A stretch of DNA of 64,000 nt. It comes from an uncultured Bacteroides sp. (GTDB taxonomy: Bacteria > Bacteroidota > Bacteroidia > Bacteroidales > Bacteroidaceae). The notes beneath the pieces are model-generated. The model did no database searches. It worked only from the letters and a program-made list of their open reading frames with translations, and was not told where the DNA came from. Location: NCBI GenBank assembly GCA_963675905.1, contig OY780936.1, forward strand, positions 1,247,946 to 1,311,945, given 5' to 3'. Position numbers and translations under genes: made by a program. Below are positions 49,574 through 59,938 of the stretch, in pieces. Position 1 is the stretch's first letter, and every line of letters begins with the position of its first letter.

Positions 49574-49652
49574 AACTCCGGCCGGAGTTCTGTTGAAGTC
49601 CGGTCGGAGTTTGCACAATGTCCGGCCGGAGTTTGTTTAACTTCAGGCGGGA
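49574..49652. repeat. Four-unit TCCGGCCGGA palindrome array at 22-bp period
   Basis: Cores at 49577, 49599, 49621, 49643 (TCCGGCCGGA, TCCGGTCGGA, TCCGGCCGGA, TCAGGCGGGA). The first extends to the perfect 16-bp palindrome AACTCCGGCCGGAGTT. Confidence 0.85.
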
Positions 49653-49815
49653 GATTTTCAGCCATTCAGGAATAATTTTTATTTATTGACCAATGGATCA
49701 TCATCCAATGCTCTTTCATATTCTCAAAGTAGGCATTCCTTAGTGAGACAATTAACCCCACAAGTTTATTAATTGATTCTATATACTCTTATTCAGACAA
49801 GTTTATGCAAAAGAA

Positions 49816-50676
49816 CTAATAAGTCAGGATTTCAGATCCCGTTTCAGTTATAACCAATGTATGTTCCCATTGTGCTGAAGGAAGTCCGTCTTCCGTACAA
49901 ACAGTCCATCCATCTGCTTCATCAATAAAGATATCATAAGTTCCCATATTGATCATGGGCTCAATAGTGAATACCATTCCTGGCACCAACAGCATACCTT
50001 TTCCTTTTTTACCATAATGTTCCACATCCGGTTCTTCATGAAATTTCAGTCCTACACCATGTCCACAGAAATCTCTGACAACTGAATAACCATTCTTTTC
50101 TGCATGTCGTTGTATTGCAGCCCCTATATCACCCAAAAAGCTCCATGGTTTTGCTTTTTCTAATCCTATTTCCAGGCATTCTTTGGTAACTTGTACCAAC
50201 TTCTTTATTTCAGGCTTCACTTCACCAATCATAAACATTCTGGATGCATCCGAGAAATAACCATTATAAATGGTAGAAACATCCACATTAACAATATCTC
50301 CATCCTTAAGGATTTCCTCTTCACTAGGAATTCCGTGACACACAACATCGTTAATTGATGTACAAACACTCTTTGGATATCCCTCATAATTTAAATCGGC
50401 AGGTATGGCTCCATGTGCAATAGTATAATCATACACCAGCTTATCAATTTCAGCTGTAGACATTCCCACATGAATATTTTCTGCTACTAAATCAAGAACA
50501 CCAGTATTGATTATACCACTTTTACGTATTCCTTCAATCTGTTCGGGAGTTTTAATTAATTTGCGTTTTGGCACCAGGCTACCTCTACTTTGATGATATA
50601 AAACCTTTTTATCCAATTCTGTAAGTGGTTCACCTGCTATGAGGTGCCAATTATTTTTTATCCTTTTTAATGACAT
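49816..50676 (-). CDS. map: Methionine aminopeptidase, type I
   Basis: Motifs VCHGIP, NVDVS, YFSDASRMF, GHGVG, FTIEPMIN, SAQWEHT (all five metal ligands present). TATTTTTG on the minus strand at 50762-50769. Confidence 0.96.
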   Translation of the reverse strand: MSLKRIKNNWHLIAGEPLTELDKKVLYHQSRGSLVPKRKLIKTPEQIEGIRKSGIINTGVLDLVAENIHVGMSTAEIDKLVYDYTIAHGAIPADLNYEGYPKSVCTSINDVVCHGIPSEEEILKDGDIVNVDVSTIYNGYFSDASRMFMIGEVKPEIKKLVQVTKECLEIGLEKAKPWSFLGDIGAAIQRHAEKNGYSVVRDFCGHGVGLKFHEEPDVEHYGKKGKGMLLVPGMVFTIEPMINMGTYDIFIDEADGWTVCTEDGLPSAQWEHTLVITETGSEILTY

Positions 50677-50832
50677 GCTTACCTTAGTTTATTATCTGTT
50701 CCATAATTAATCAGAAATGCATGATTTCTCTAAATCATATACGCATAGTGATTATAACAGGCAAAAATAATAAAAAAAGATAAGAATATTCATTCATTAA
50801 GTTATTTAGTCATAAGAAATTATTAATAATCA

Positions 50833-51576
50833 TCATACTCTAAAATACTGGTATGATATTACATCAGGAATTATTATTGGTTGGTTTACCATTAATTTAT
50901 ACCCTTCCCTATGCAGTGTAACAATCTGAACAGAAGGATCATTTTTTAATATTTGTCTTAGTTTAAAAATATAAATCGAAAGAATGCGGGAATGCGGAGT
51001 AATCATATCTCCATCACTCCATACAGTTTTCAAAGCATCATCCTTTGATACTGTTTTATTCATTCTTCTACATAAGAGAAGCAACAAATCAACTTCACGA
51101 GAAGTTAGATGAATTCTGGAATCATTAAAGCATAACACACCTTTCTGAGCATCGAAGATATACTTTCCTAAAGTAAACTGCATCACGGGTTTATGGCTCT
51201 TCTCAATCTGCCTTCTAACCATAGCCTTAAGCCTAAGCTTCAGCTCATCTATATCATACGGAATCATTAAACAATCATCGGCACCTAGCTGATATCCAAG
51301 TCTGAAATTAATCATTTTATCTTGTTTAAAAATAAAAATAAGATAAGTTTTTCTGGATAAATCCAACATTCTTTTCGCCAAAGGGAAACAGCTTTCCTGT
51401 GAAGAAAACTCATGTAAAATACAAATAATAGGATTCTCATCGTGATAATAACTATAAGCACATTCTGTTTCAGAACAAAGTTTTACTTCAACAGCTTCTT
51501 GCTCTAAAGACTTTTTCAACAGTTGCGTTGAGTCACAATCAGGACCATAAATAAGTATTGCAGGTTTCGTTTTCAT
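50833..51576 (-). CDS. OmpR/RprY-like winged-helix regulator with atypical (pseudo-)receiver domain
   Basis: Motifs GADD, ELKLRLKAMVRR, FDAQKG, LTSRE..LL, ALKTVW, YIFKLR, GYKL. His55 sits where the phospho-Asp should be. TATCTTTG on the minus strand at 51596-51603. Confidence 0.85.
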   Translation of the reverse strand: MKTKPAILIYGPDCDSTQLLKKSLEQEAVEVKLCSETECAYSYYHDENPIICILHEFSSQESCFPLAKRMLDLSRKTYLIFIFKQDKMINFRLGYQLGADDCLMIPYDIDELKLRLKAMVRRQIEKSHKPVMQFTLGKYIFDAQKGVLCFNDSRIHLTSREVDLLLLLCRRMNKTVSKDDALKTVWSDGDMITPHSRILSIYIFKLRQILKNDPSVQIVTLHREGYKLMVNQPIIIPDVISYQYFRV

Positions 51577-51782
51577 AAATTAATAATTTGTACTGCAAAG
51601 ATAAGCAGAGCAAAAAAAATCTTATTGTTCTATTTCACATGCAAGTTGTCCAAAAAGAAACTAAATTTCAGAAATAATATGAATAGATAGTTTCAGAATG
51701 AACAATATTCCTTATTTTTGCTCATTAAATAAAGATTTGCTATATCAGAACAATTAGAAAAATAGTATTAATATTCCTAACG

Positions 51783-54700
51783 GTGGTAATTGGAATCTAC
51801 CTGGGGATTATTGTATTGTTGAATATTCCCTATATTCAACACAAAATGGCAGTTATTGCCACAGAAGAACTGGAAAATATTCTCCATACTGAGCTGTCAA
51901 TAGGACGAATAGATATCGGACTAATGAACAGAATTATCATAGATGATGTATTGCTGAAAGATCAATCGAAAAAAGAGATGCTAAAAGTAGCACGTCTTTC
52001 TGCAAAGTTCGAAATCATGCCGTTATTTAAAGGAAAAATCACTATTCGAAGTGTGCAGCTTTTCGGATTCAACATTCATCTCAACAAAAAAACTCCTAAG
52101 GACAATATTAACTGCAAATTTGTTTTTGATGCATTTGCGAGTAAAGACACAACGAAAAAAGAGAGTAAGCTTGATCTACGCATTAATTCAATACTGATAC
52201 GTCGTGGTACGTTCAATTACGATATATTCTCAGAGCCACAAAATCCAGGGAAATTTAATGCGAAACATATTAAATTAACCAATATACTAGCCAATATATC
52301 TCTAAAAGCACTGAGTAAAGATTCTGTCAATGCTTCAATAAAACGATTGAGTTTGAACGAACAATCGGGATTTGAATTAAAGAAACTATCACTTAAGATA
52401 GCAGGGAATACCAAAGCTGCCAGAATAGAGAACTTTGCTATAGCATTACCTCAGTCAAATATAAAGCTGGCTCCTATCAATATCTCATTTGAAGATCCTA
52501 AAGCATTTAAGAACTTTACAGATGAAGTTTCTATATTTACAAGAATTCTTCCTTCGTCAATTACGCTTCATGATATTTCCCCATTTGTTCCGGCGCTAAA
52601 AAACTTCAGGGACGAACTAAACATTGAAATGAAAATTAACGGAACGGTGAATCAGTTTGCTGTATCTGATTTAAAAATCAGAGCAAATGATGACCTGCAG
52701 ATCTTAGCCGGAGCTACATTTCAGGATCTTACACATCCAAGCGATGCATACTTCCTGGGAGATATTAAAAAGCTAGTTATTAATCGTGCCGGAATGGACT
52801 TTTTGGTACGTAACCTGGTTAAGAACTTTTCGGGAACTCCTGATGTATTAAAACGACTTGGTAACATGTCGTTCAGAGGTGAAGTATCCGGGTATTTTAA
52901 CGATCTGGTTACTTACGGTACTTTTAACACAGGATTAGGAATTGTAAAAACCGACATAAAATTCAGTTCGGATAAATCTAAAGGAAGTTATAATTACTCG
53001 GGAGTTATAAAGACTAATGAGTTTAATCTTGGCAGACTTCTAGACAATGAAGATAAATTTGGGAAGACATCTTTAAATTTAGATATTAAAGGAAACTATA
53101 TCAAAGGTTTAAAGCCAACCGTTTCAATGAAAGGATTAATTGCTTTATTGGAATATAACGGCTATGAATATAAAAACATTAAGCTCGACGGTTTATATAA
53201 AAACGGAGGATTTGACGGTAAAGCAGCGATGAACGATGACAATGGAAACGTCTTTATAAATGGTCGTTTTAATCTATCTCAGAAGGTTCCTACATTTAAT
53301 CTTCACGCAGACATCCAGAATGTACGTCCAAACAATCTTCACCTGACAAACAAATACAAGGATGCAGAATTCTCATTGAGTGTTGATGCAAACTTTACCG
53401 GACACTCAATCGATGATATGATAGGAGAAATCAACGTGGATAGTTTTGCCTTTGTCAGCCCTGAAAAAAATTACTTTATGAGCAATCTAAATATTGCTGC
53501 CAAAAGAATTAACGGAAAGAAAAGTCTGGAACTGAATTCAGAATTCATAAAAGCAAAGGTTGAAGGTAACTATTCATACCAAACTATTCCTGTGAGCATA
53601 ATGAAGACTGTAGAAAGATACATTCCATCCCTGCTTACCGTAAACAAGAAATACAAAGAACCTCATAACGATTTTAATTTTGATATTCAGATTTACAATA
53701 CAGATATTCTGCAAACTGTTTTTGATATTCCTTTAAATGTGTACAAACACAGTTCTATTAAAGGTTATTTTAATGACAATGACAGAAAATTGAAAATAGA
53801 TGGATATTTCCCGGGAATACAATATAAGAACAACTACATTGAATCCGGAATTATCCTTTGTGAAAATGCAGAAGATCAGTTTAAGTGTCAGGTTAGAGCT
53901 AGCAAAAGGATGAAGAACTCTACTGTCAACTTAGCACTGGTAGCTTTGGCTCAGAACGATAAAGTTCATACAGCAATTAACTGGGGAAATAATGCAGCTC
54001 AAACCTATAGCGGTAATTTCTCAGCTATTACCAACTTCTTTAAAACCGCCGGAGAAAAGCCTATTCTACAAGCCAAGATTGATATACAGCCAACAGAAGT
54101 TATCCTGAACGATACAGTATGGAACATACATCCTTCACACATAGAACTAGATTCTGGACGAGTGTATGTAGATAATTTCCTATTCAAGCATAAAGATCAG
54201 TACCTGCGTATCAATGGTAAAGCTACCAGGAATGCCAATGACACAGTAAAAGTAGAACTGAAAGATATCGGCATTGGCTATATTTTTCAGCTTGTAAATT
54301 TAAAATCGGTTGATCTCAACGGAAAAGCTACTGGTATGGCATATGCCAGTGGAGTAATGAAAAACCCGGAGCTGAATACAGATCTTTTCGTAAAAGACTT
54401 CTCTTTCAATAAGGGGGTAATTGGTGATATGAATATCCACGGTGAATGGGATAATAAATCTAATAACGGAGTTCTTGTTGAAGCAAAAATTCAAGAGCCA
54501 AACCTATCCGAGACTAATGTGAAAGGATATATTTCACCTCAAAAGAAAGGACTTGATTTACATTTCGATGCTCACAACACCAATGTGGCATTCCTGCAAG
54601 AATACCTGAAAAGCATTGCCTCTAATATCAAAGGCCGTGCTTCGGGAAATGTGAGATTATTCGGACTGTTTAATGCACTGAATCTGGAAGGTAATGTCTT

Positions 54701-56255
54701 TGCCGATGCTTCTTTCAAGGTTAATATTCTGAATGCCAACTATGCATTTAAAGATTCAGTTAAGATTACTCCTACCGAGTTTTCCGGTAAGAATATAAAG
54801 ATTCACGATTTGGAAGGACATAACGGGACTGCTACTGTATCTGTACACCACGAGCATTTCAAAAACATGAATTACCGTTTGCAGGTAGATGTAAATAACA
54901 TGTTGGTATACAACACCAAAGAGACGCCTGATTTACCATTCTATGGTACTGTATACGGCACAGGTAATGCCTCATTAGCAGGAGATAGCAATGGAATTAA
55001 CATTGATGTTGCTATGAAGACAAACAGAAATACGAACTTCGTTTATATGTTGGCTACAACAACTTCGGCGGTTAATAATCAGTTTGTTACATTCGTTGAT
55101 AAGACTCCAAAACGTAAAATTGAAGAAGATTCCACAGTAGTTGCTGATTATTTCCTTCAAAACATGGTGAAAGAGGCAGCAACCTCTTCATCTGATGTTC
55201 ACTTGAATATGTCAATAGATGCTACACCAGATGCAACTATGAAGATTATTGTCGACCCTATTGCAAACGACTATATCATTGGTAAAGGATCGGGAAATAT
55301 GCGAATGGAATACTACAACAAGGGTGATATAAAAATGTTTGGCAACTACACGATAGATCACGGTACATACAAATTCAGTCTGCAGGAGATTATTCGTAAA
55401 GACTTTACTATTAACTCGGGTAGTACCATTACCTTTAACGGAGATCCGTTGAATGCAAATCTTGATTTAAAGGCCAAATACACTGTAAATTCAGTATCTT
55501 TAAGTGATCTAGGCTCAGAAGTTCCCGAAGATCTTAAAAAATCAAACGTGAAGGTGAACTGTTTAATGGATATCAGTGGCAATATGCTGCATCCTACAGT
55601 GAAACTTGGCATTGAATTGCCAAATGAGAGTGAAGAGAAACAACGCATTGTGCAGAACGTTATCAGTACTGAAGACCAGATAAACATGCAAACGCTCTAC
55701 TTATTGGGTATTGGTAAATTCTATACTCCGGATTATGCAACAGTTTCTCAGAACTCAAATGCAATGACTTCGGTATTATCTTCTACCCTTTCCGGACAGC
55801 TTAATAATATGTTGTCTCAGGTAATCAATAGTAGCAACTGGAATATTGGCGTTAATGGTAGCACAGGAACCAATGGGTGGACTGATATGGAATTCGAAGG
55901 AATGCTTTCCGGACAACTTCTGAATAACCGTCTGCTGATTAACGGTAACTTCGGGTATCGTGATAATCCTACTGTTACAACCAATTTTGTAGGGAACTTC
56001 GATCTGGAATATCTGCTTACTAACGAGATTCGTATGAAAGCTTACAACCAGTCGAACGACCGTTATTATACACGTACCACATTAAATACTCAGGGACTTG
56101 GTATCATGTATAAAAAGGATTTTGATACATGGAACGATTTATTGCCATGGAACCGTAAAAAGAAAAAAAGTACTGTTCTGCCTAATGACTCCATTCCTCC
56201 TGAACCACAACCAAAGGCTGTTCCTAAGTCGAAAGAAAAACGGGAACGAGAATAG
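51783..56255 (+). CDS. tamB: Translocation/assembly module TamB/AsmA-like protein (DUF490); true start probably upstream and non-AUG
   Basis: 1490+ aa beta-rich protein with N-terminal anchor (...LLNIPYIQ) and DUF490-like C-terminus (LLNNRLLINGNFGYRD, KAYN, QGLGIMYKKDF). Confidence 0.85.
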   Translation: MVIGIYLGIIVLLNIPYIQHKMAVIATEELENILHTELSIGRIDIGLMNRIIIDDVLLKDQSKKEMLKVARLSAKFEIMPLFKGKITIRSVQLFGFNIHLNKKTPKDNINCKFVFDAFASKDTTKKESKLDLRINSILIRRGTFNYDIFSEPQNPGKFNAKHIKLTNILANISLKALSKDSVNASIKRLSLNEQSGFELKKLSLKIAGNTKAARIENFAIALPQSNIKLAPINISFEDPKAFKNFTDEVSIFTRILPSSITLHDISPFVPALKNFRDELNIEMKINGTVNQFAVSDLKIRANDDLQILAGATFQDLTHPSDAYFLGDIKKLVINRAGMDFLVRNLVKNFSGTPDVLKRLGNMSFRGEVSGYFNDLVTYGTFNTGLGIVKTDIKFSSDKSKGSYNYSGVIKTNEFNLGRLLDNEDKFGKTSLNLDIKGNYIKGLKPTVSMKGLIALLEYNGYEYKNIKLDGLYKNGGFDGKAAMNDDNGNVFINGRFNLSQKVPTFNLHADIQNVRPNNLHLTNKYKDAEFSLSVDANFTGHSIDDMIGEINVDSFAFVSPEKNYFMSNLNIAAKRINGKKSLELNSEFIKAKVEGNYSYQTIPVSIMKTVERYIPSLLTVNKKYKEPHNDFNFDIQIYNTDILQTVFDIPLNVYKHSSIKGYFNDNDRKLKIDGYFPGIQYKNNYIESGIILCENAEDQFKCQVRASKRMKNSTVNLALVALAQNDKVHTAINWGNNAAQTYSGNFSAITNFFKTAGEKPILQAKIDIQPTEVILNDTVWNIHPSHIELDSGRVYVDNFLFKHKDQYLRINGKATRNANDTVKVELKDIGIGYIFQLVNLKSVDLNGKATGMAYASGVMKNPELNTDLFVKDFSFNKGVIGDMNIHGEWDNKSNNGVLVEAKIQEPNLSETNVKGYISPQKKGLDLHFDAHNTNVAFLQEYLKSIASNIKGRASGNVRLFGLFNALNLEGNVFADASFKVNILNANYAFKDSVKITPTEFSGKNIKIHDLEGHNGTATVSVHHEHFKNMNYRLQVDVNNMLVYNTKETPDLPFYGTVYGTGNASLAGDSNGINIDVAMKTNRNTNFVYMLATTTSAVNNQFVTFVDKTPKRKIEEDSTVVADYFLQNMVKEAATSSSDVHLNMSIDATPDATMKIIVDPIANDYIIGKGSGNMRMEYYNKGDIKMFGNYTIDHGTYKFSLQEIIRKDFTINSGSTITFNGDPLNANLDLKAKYTVNSVSLSDLGSEVPEDLKKSNVKVNCLMDISGNMLHPTVKLGIELPNESEEKQRIVQNVISTEDQINMQTLYLLGIGKFYTPDYATVSQNSNAMTSVLSSTLSGQLNNMLSQVINSSNWNIGVNGSTGTNGWTDMEFEGMLSGQLLNNRLLINGNFGYRDNPTVTTNFVGNFDLEYLLTNEIRMKAYNQSNDRYYTRTTLNTQGLGIMYKKDFDTWNDLLPWNRKKKKSTVLPNDSIPPEPQPKAVPKSKEKRERE

Positions 56256-56263
56256 ATAGAAAC

Positions 56264-56313
56264 AAAAAACAGAATCCAGATACAATTTTAAGTTTGTCTG
56301 GATTCTGTTTTTT
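56264..56313. terminator. Bidirectional terminator after tamB
   Basis: Perfect 17-bp stem AAAAAACAGAATCCAGA / TCTGGATTCTGTTTTTT. Confidence 0.85.
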
Positions 56314-56670
56314 AATTTGTAGAATATAGTGCCAACAGAGAAAACGGCTTTAAACCAATAATAGAGATAAACCAATTAAAAGTGATCTAATATTGAAAAA
56401 GATGACTTATTGAAAGAGATAGATTATTGAAATAACTTTTCCTGGTTTAACAACTATAGAGGTATCTACTAAAACGATGAACTTGCATTTACTGACATTC
56501 ATATTTTTAAAGCATTTACAAGGAAGGCTCTGCCAAAACAATGACCTTGCATCCTTTTCAGCAGAGGAAATGGTTAAACTCACAAACATCTTCCCCTTCT
56601 CTGAAAAAACATTCAATCTAAAATTCAATCAGTTGCATTTAACACTTGAATTTAGGATTAAAGAACTGTT

Positions 56671-57705
56671 TTAATCATTAAAAGCATTCAATGCAACCGT
56701 AGGTTTACCACTGTTATCAAAAGCCCCCAGACTATAATTTTTCCAACCTCCATAAGCTTCAGGTTCCCAATAGAAAACCCCTATTCCTTTATTATTGCTT
56801 ACCGATTTCGTTTTAGCTATAATATCCTTAAGAAAAGAATTACATGCAGTAGAAGAATCCCAGCTCATACCAACTTCGCAAACCATAACCTCCGAGCCAT
56901 ATCTGGCAACCATATCATTCATATTAATAAGGCACTGATCATTCATCGCAGACCAGTTTGTTGCCGAAGGATAAAGAGACATTCCTATCACATCCCATTT
57001 TCCTCCATTATTCTTCAAGCCGTCAAACAGCCAGCGAAATAATGAGTTATCATTTCCATTCTGAAGATGAATAATAACCTTGGCATTCGGGAATACAGAT
57101 TTCACAGCATCGTATCCAGCGTTTGACAACTCTGCATAATTCTTCATATTTACTGAAGCTTTACCATCTTCCCACAACATACCATTCCCTGTTTCATTAC
57201 CAACTTGCACCCATTCAGGAGTAATGCTGTTGGACTTCAGTTCGTTGAGTACATCTTTTGTATGATCGGCAACAGCAGTTTTCAGTTCACTAAGGTTATA
57301 ACTTGTCCAGGCAGCCGGCTTGGTTTGTTTTCCCGGATCTGCCCAGGAATCACTGTAATGGAAATCAATCATTATACGCATATTCAGGCTCTTCGCCCGC
57401 TTAGCCTTTATCAGTAAATCTGCCTTATTACACCATCCGTCAGAAGGATTTACCCACACGCGTAATCTCAAAGCATTCATACCAAGACTTTTGAGCAAGG
57501 CCATTCCTTCCATAGCAGTGCCCGAAGCATTATAAAATTTCTTACCTGAAGCTTCCATTTCGGTAATCCAGCTCACATCGGCTCCTTTGGCAAAAGTGCC
57601 GATTTCGGGAGTAACAACTACTTCCTCGTTATCTTCCTTTGATCCGCAAGAGCTGGCGCTAAAGAATAAAAGAAATAATACAATGATTGATTTAATGTTT
57701 TTCAT
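56671..57705 (-). CDS. GH53 endo-beta-1,4-galactanase, lipoprotein
   Basis: Lipobox ...FSASSC; motifs KGADVSW, RLRVWVNP, DFHYSDSWADPGKQ, acid/base VQVGNE, nucleophile VCEVG, FYWEPE. TATTTTTG on the minus strand at 57741-57748. Confidence 0.93.
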   Translation of the reverse strand: MKNIKSIIVLFLLFFSASSCGSKEDNEEVVVTPEIGTFAKGADVSWITEMEASGKKFYNASGTAMEGMALLKSLGMNALRLRVWVNPSDGWCNKADLLIKAKRAKSLNMRIMIDFHYSDSWADPGKQTKPAAWTSYNLSELKTAVADHTKDVLNELKSNSITPEWVQVGNETGNGMLWEDGKASVNMKNYAELSNAGYDAVKSVFPNAKVIIHLQNGNDNSLFRWLFDGLKNNGGKWDVIGMSLYPSATNWSAMNDQCLINMNDMVARYGSEVMVCEVGMSWDSSTACNSFLKDIIAKTKSVSNNKGIGVFYWEPEAYGGWKNYSLGAFDNSGKPTVALNAFND

Positions 57706-57932
57706 AAGTAATATATAGTTTTATAGATAGAACATAGGTACAAAAATAGAGTATTATATCAAACTTGTTTCAATATAGAAACAGAACTTATAATACAAAA
57801 AGTAACTATTTGAATAGAAAAAGGACAAGTATATTGTTTAAAAGTAGCTGTACATATTCCACGTATAATTATCAAGAAATGAATATTTCATTTCTTTAAG
57901 ATTTAAAATTGCAAATAATAAATACTCTTATT

Positions 57933-59816
57933 CTAATTTCCCTTTCTTATATTTATATTAAAAGTCGGCGTTTTGTAGTCTTCTGGTAAATGTTCTGCAG
58001 GAATAGAAGATTGATTTCCATCTCTCAAAGCTCTATAATGAGGTGACATTATTTCGATACCTCTCTCATTGAAAACATCCTGTATATTTTGACGAAGATC
58101 TGAATATATAACGGCTTGCTTATTTGGCTCATTAATATACGCGTTTATTTCATAAGAGACATAAAAATCATCTAAACTTGTTTGCAATACAAATGGCTTA
58201 GGATCATGTAAAACAAATTCCGTTCTTAGAGATGCATCAATCAACGCCTGATGAACATCTTTCCATGGGACATCATACCCAATTGTAACTGTTGTGTAAA
58301 TAATAAGTCCATTATTAACAGCATCGCGATTATAATTAATGGTGTGGCTTGCCATTACAATTGAATTGGGAATAGATATTATTTCATTTTTAATGGTTCT
58401 TATTCTTGTTACTAATAACGACTTCTCAATTACATCGCCTACTATTTCACCAATCTTCACCCTATCGCCAATAGTAAATAACCGCATATAAGTAATTACA
58501 AATCCAGCAACAATATTTGAAATAGAGCCACTTGATCCAAATGTAAAGAGAAATCCTAAAAAGACAGAAACACCCTGAAAAATATGTGAATCACTTCCCG
58601 GAAGATAAGGAAAAATAGCAACTAACATAAAAGCATAAATAAGTATCCGGATAATTTGATAAGTGGGATTTGCCCATTCCGGATAGAATGACGGCAATCG
58701 CAGATTTTCCTTTTCTATTTCTGTTTTCAGAAAATGAAAACCTTTCAGTATATAATGAAAAACAACAACAATAACAATAACTGTTATCAAATTAGGAAGA
58801 TAATTCCAGAACCCTGTTGCTATTTTCTTTATGGGATTAACAATATAAAAGAAGAGAATATTAGCAAGATTTTCAGTCCATGGAAAAATGCTAAAAAGTA
58901 TTGTCAAAGCAATATAAATTATCAATAAATAGATAAACCATTTAAAGATATTATTAATTGAAACAAGAATCCGGACTTGGCGGTCGGCGTCAAGCAAAGT
59001 ATAATTCTTAATTTTTATTCCACTTACAATTTTACCTTTTTGCTTTATAATCTGAATAAAAGTCCACTTAAATAATTTACCGGAATAGAGAAGCCCTCCT
59101 CCCATTATTAAAAACACAAGTATTGCTAATCCTATGTTCTTTGCCAAAACGGGGAAACTTACTTCATCATTATGATGCATTACGGCGTTTCCTATTATTT
59201 CTTTATATTTATTTGCCAGTAGTTGTTTTGTAGAGTTATTCCATATAGCATCATTTTCTGTAACACTCATAATAATTTTATCACCATAAAACAAATCAAC
59301 AGATGTTTCTGCATCGATTAATTTTAAAGAATCGGGCATAAAATTAAAAATATCACTTAAACCGTAGATCCTATTACTTACAGCTTTAGCTCTTTCTGCA
59401 GCAGTAAAACTACCTATTTTGCTATATATAATAAATAGAGTGTCTTTAAAAAAGCCCATCACCGGGTAGCCTTTAGCTGTGTGCTTCATTAAATCAATTT
59501 GTGCTTTTTTTTGAGCGAGTCTGTCTTTTTCTCTATTATTAAGTGCCTGAAGTTGTTTTTGGAGTTCCTCCTTTTTAAGATTATCCATTGTCTTTAAAGA
59601 CTTTAGTTGCGCCTCTAAGTCTTTTCTTTGCACTGAATCGAGAATGCGTTGTTGCTCTATTTTAGCCAGTTTATTTTGATAATCATGCAATATTGCAGTA
59701 TTTGAGGAGTCCTCTTTCTGCATTACAATATTATCTTGTGCCCTTAGAATTGAGGACGTACAAATAAAGAAAGAACAAACAAGTACAATTTTTATATTTT
59801 CTATAATCTTATTCAT
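57933..59816 (-). CDS. MscS family mechanosensitive channel with large N-terminal periplasmic region
   Basis: Signal-like N-terminus, coiled coil, TM helices; motifs SNIVAG, IGDRVKIG..GDVIE..LLVTRIRT..NE..SIPNS, IGYDVPW, IEIMSPH. Confidence 0.92.
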   Translation of the reverse strand: MNKIIENIKIVLVCSFFICTSSILRAQDNIVMQKEDSSNTAILHDYQNKLAKIEQQRILDSVQRKDLEAQLKSLKTMDNLKKEELQKQLQALNNREKDRLAQKKAQIDLMKHTAKGYPVMGFFKDTLFIIYSKIGSFTAAERAKAVSNRIYGLSDIFNFMPDSLKLIDAETSVDLFYGDKIIMSVTENDAIWNNSTKQLLANKYKEIIGNAVMHHNDEVSFPVLAKNIGLAILVFLIMGGGLLYSGKLFKWTFIQIIKQKGKIVSGIKIKNYTLLDADRQVRILVSINNIFKWFIYLLIIYIALTILFSIFPWTENLANILFFYIVNPIKKIATGFWNYLPNLITVIVIVVVFHYILKGFHFLKTEIEKENLRLPSFYPEWANPTYQIIRILIYAFMLVAIFPYLPGSDSHIFQGVSVFLGFLFTFGSSGSISNIVAGFVITYMRLFTIGDRVKIGEIVGDVIEKSLLVTRIRTIKNEIISIPNSIVMASHTINYNRDAVNNGLIIYTTVTIGYDVPWKDVHQALIDASLRTEFVLHDPKPFVLQTSLDDFYVSYEINAYINEPNKQAVIYSDLRQNIQDVFNERGIEIMSPHYRALRDGNQSSIPAEHLPEDYKTPTFNINIRKGN

Positions 59817-59938
59817 CGTCTACATCTGTTTTACTTTAACCAAATTGTTCAATACTCAAAAATATGCAAAATTAAATACAATTAGTTAACAATATAAGAA
59901 AAAATTTAATTCAGCTAAATATTCTCTTAAATGCAACA

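Noticed and set aside
49680-49790. Possible gene remnant downstream of map (minus frame ...EYERALDDDPLVNK*)
   Set aside because: It is interrupted by a stop, too short to assign, and may be chance.
56407-56674. Short ORFs (73 aa minus, 65 aa plus) between tamB and GH53
   Set aside because: They overlap each other on opposite strands and have no recognisable motif or clear promoter. They cannot be supported without a homology search.
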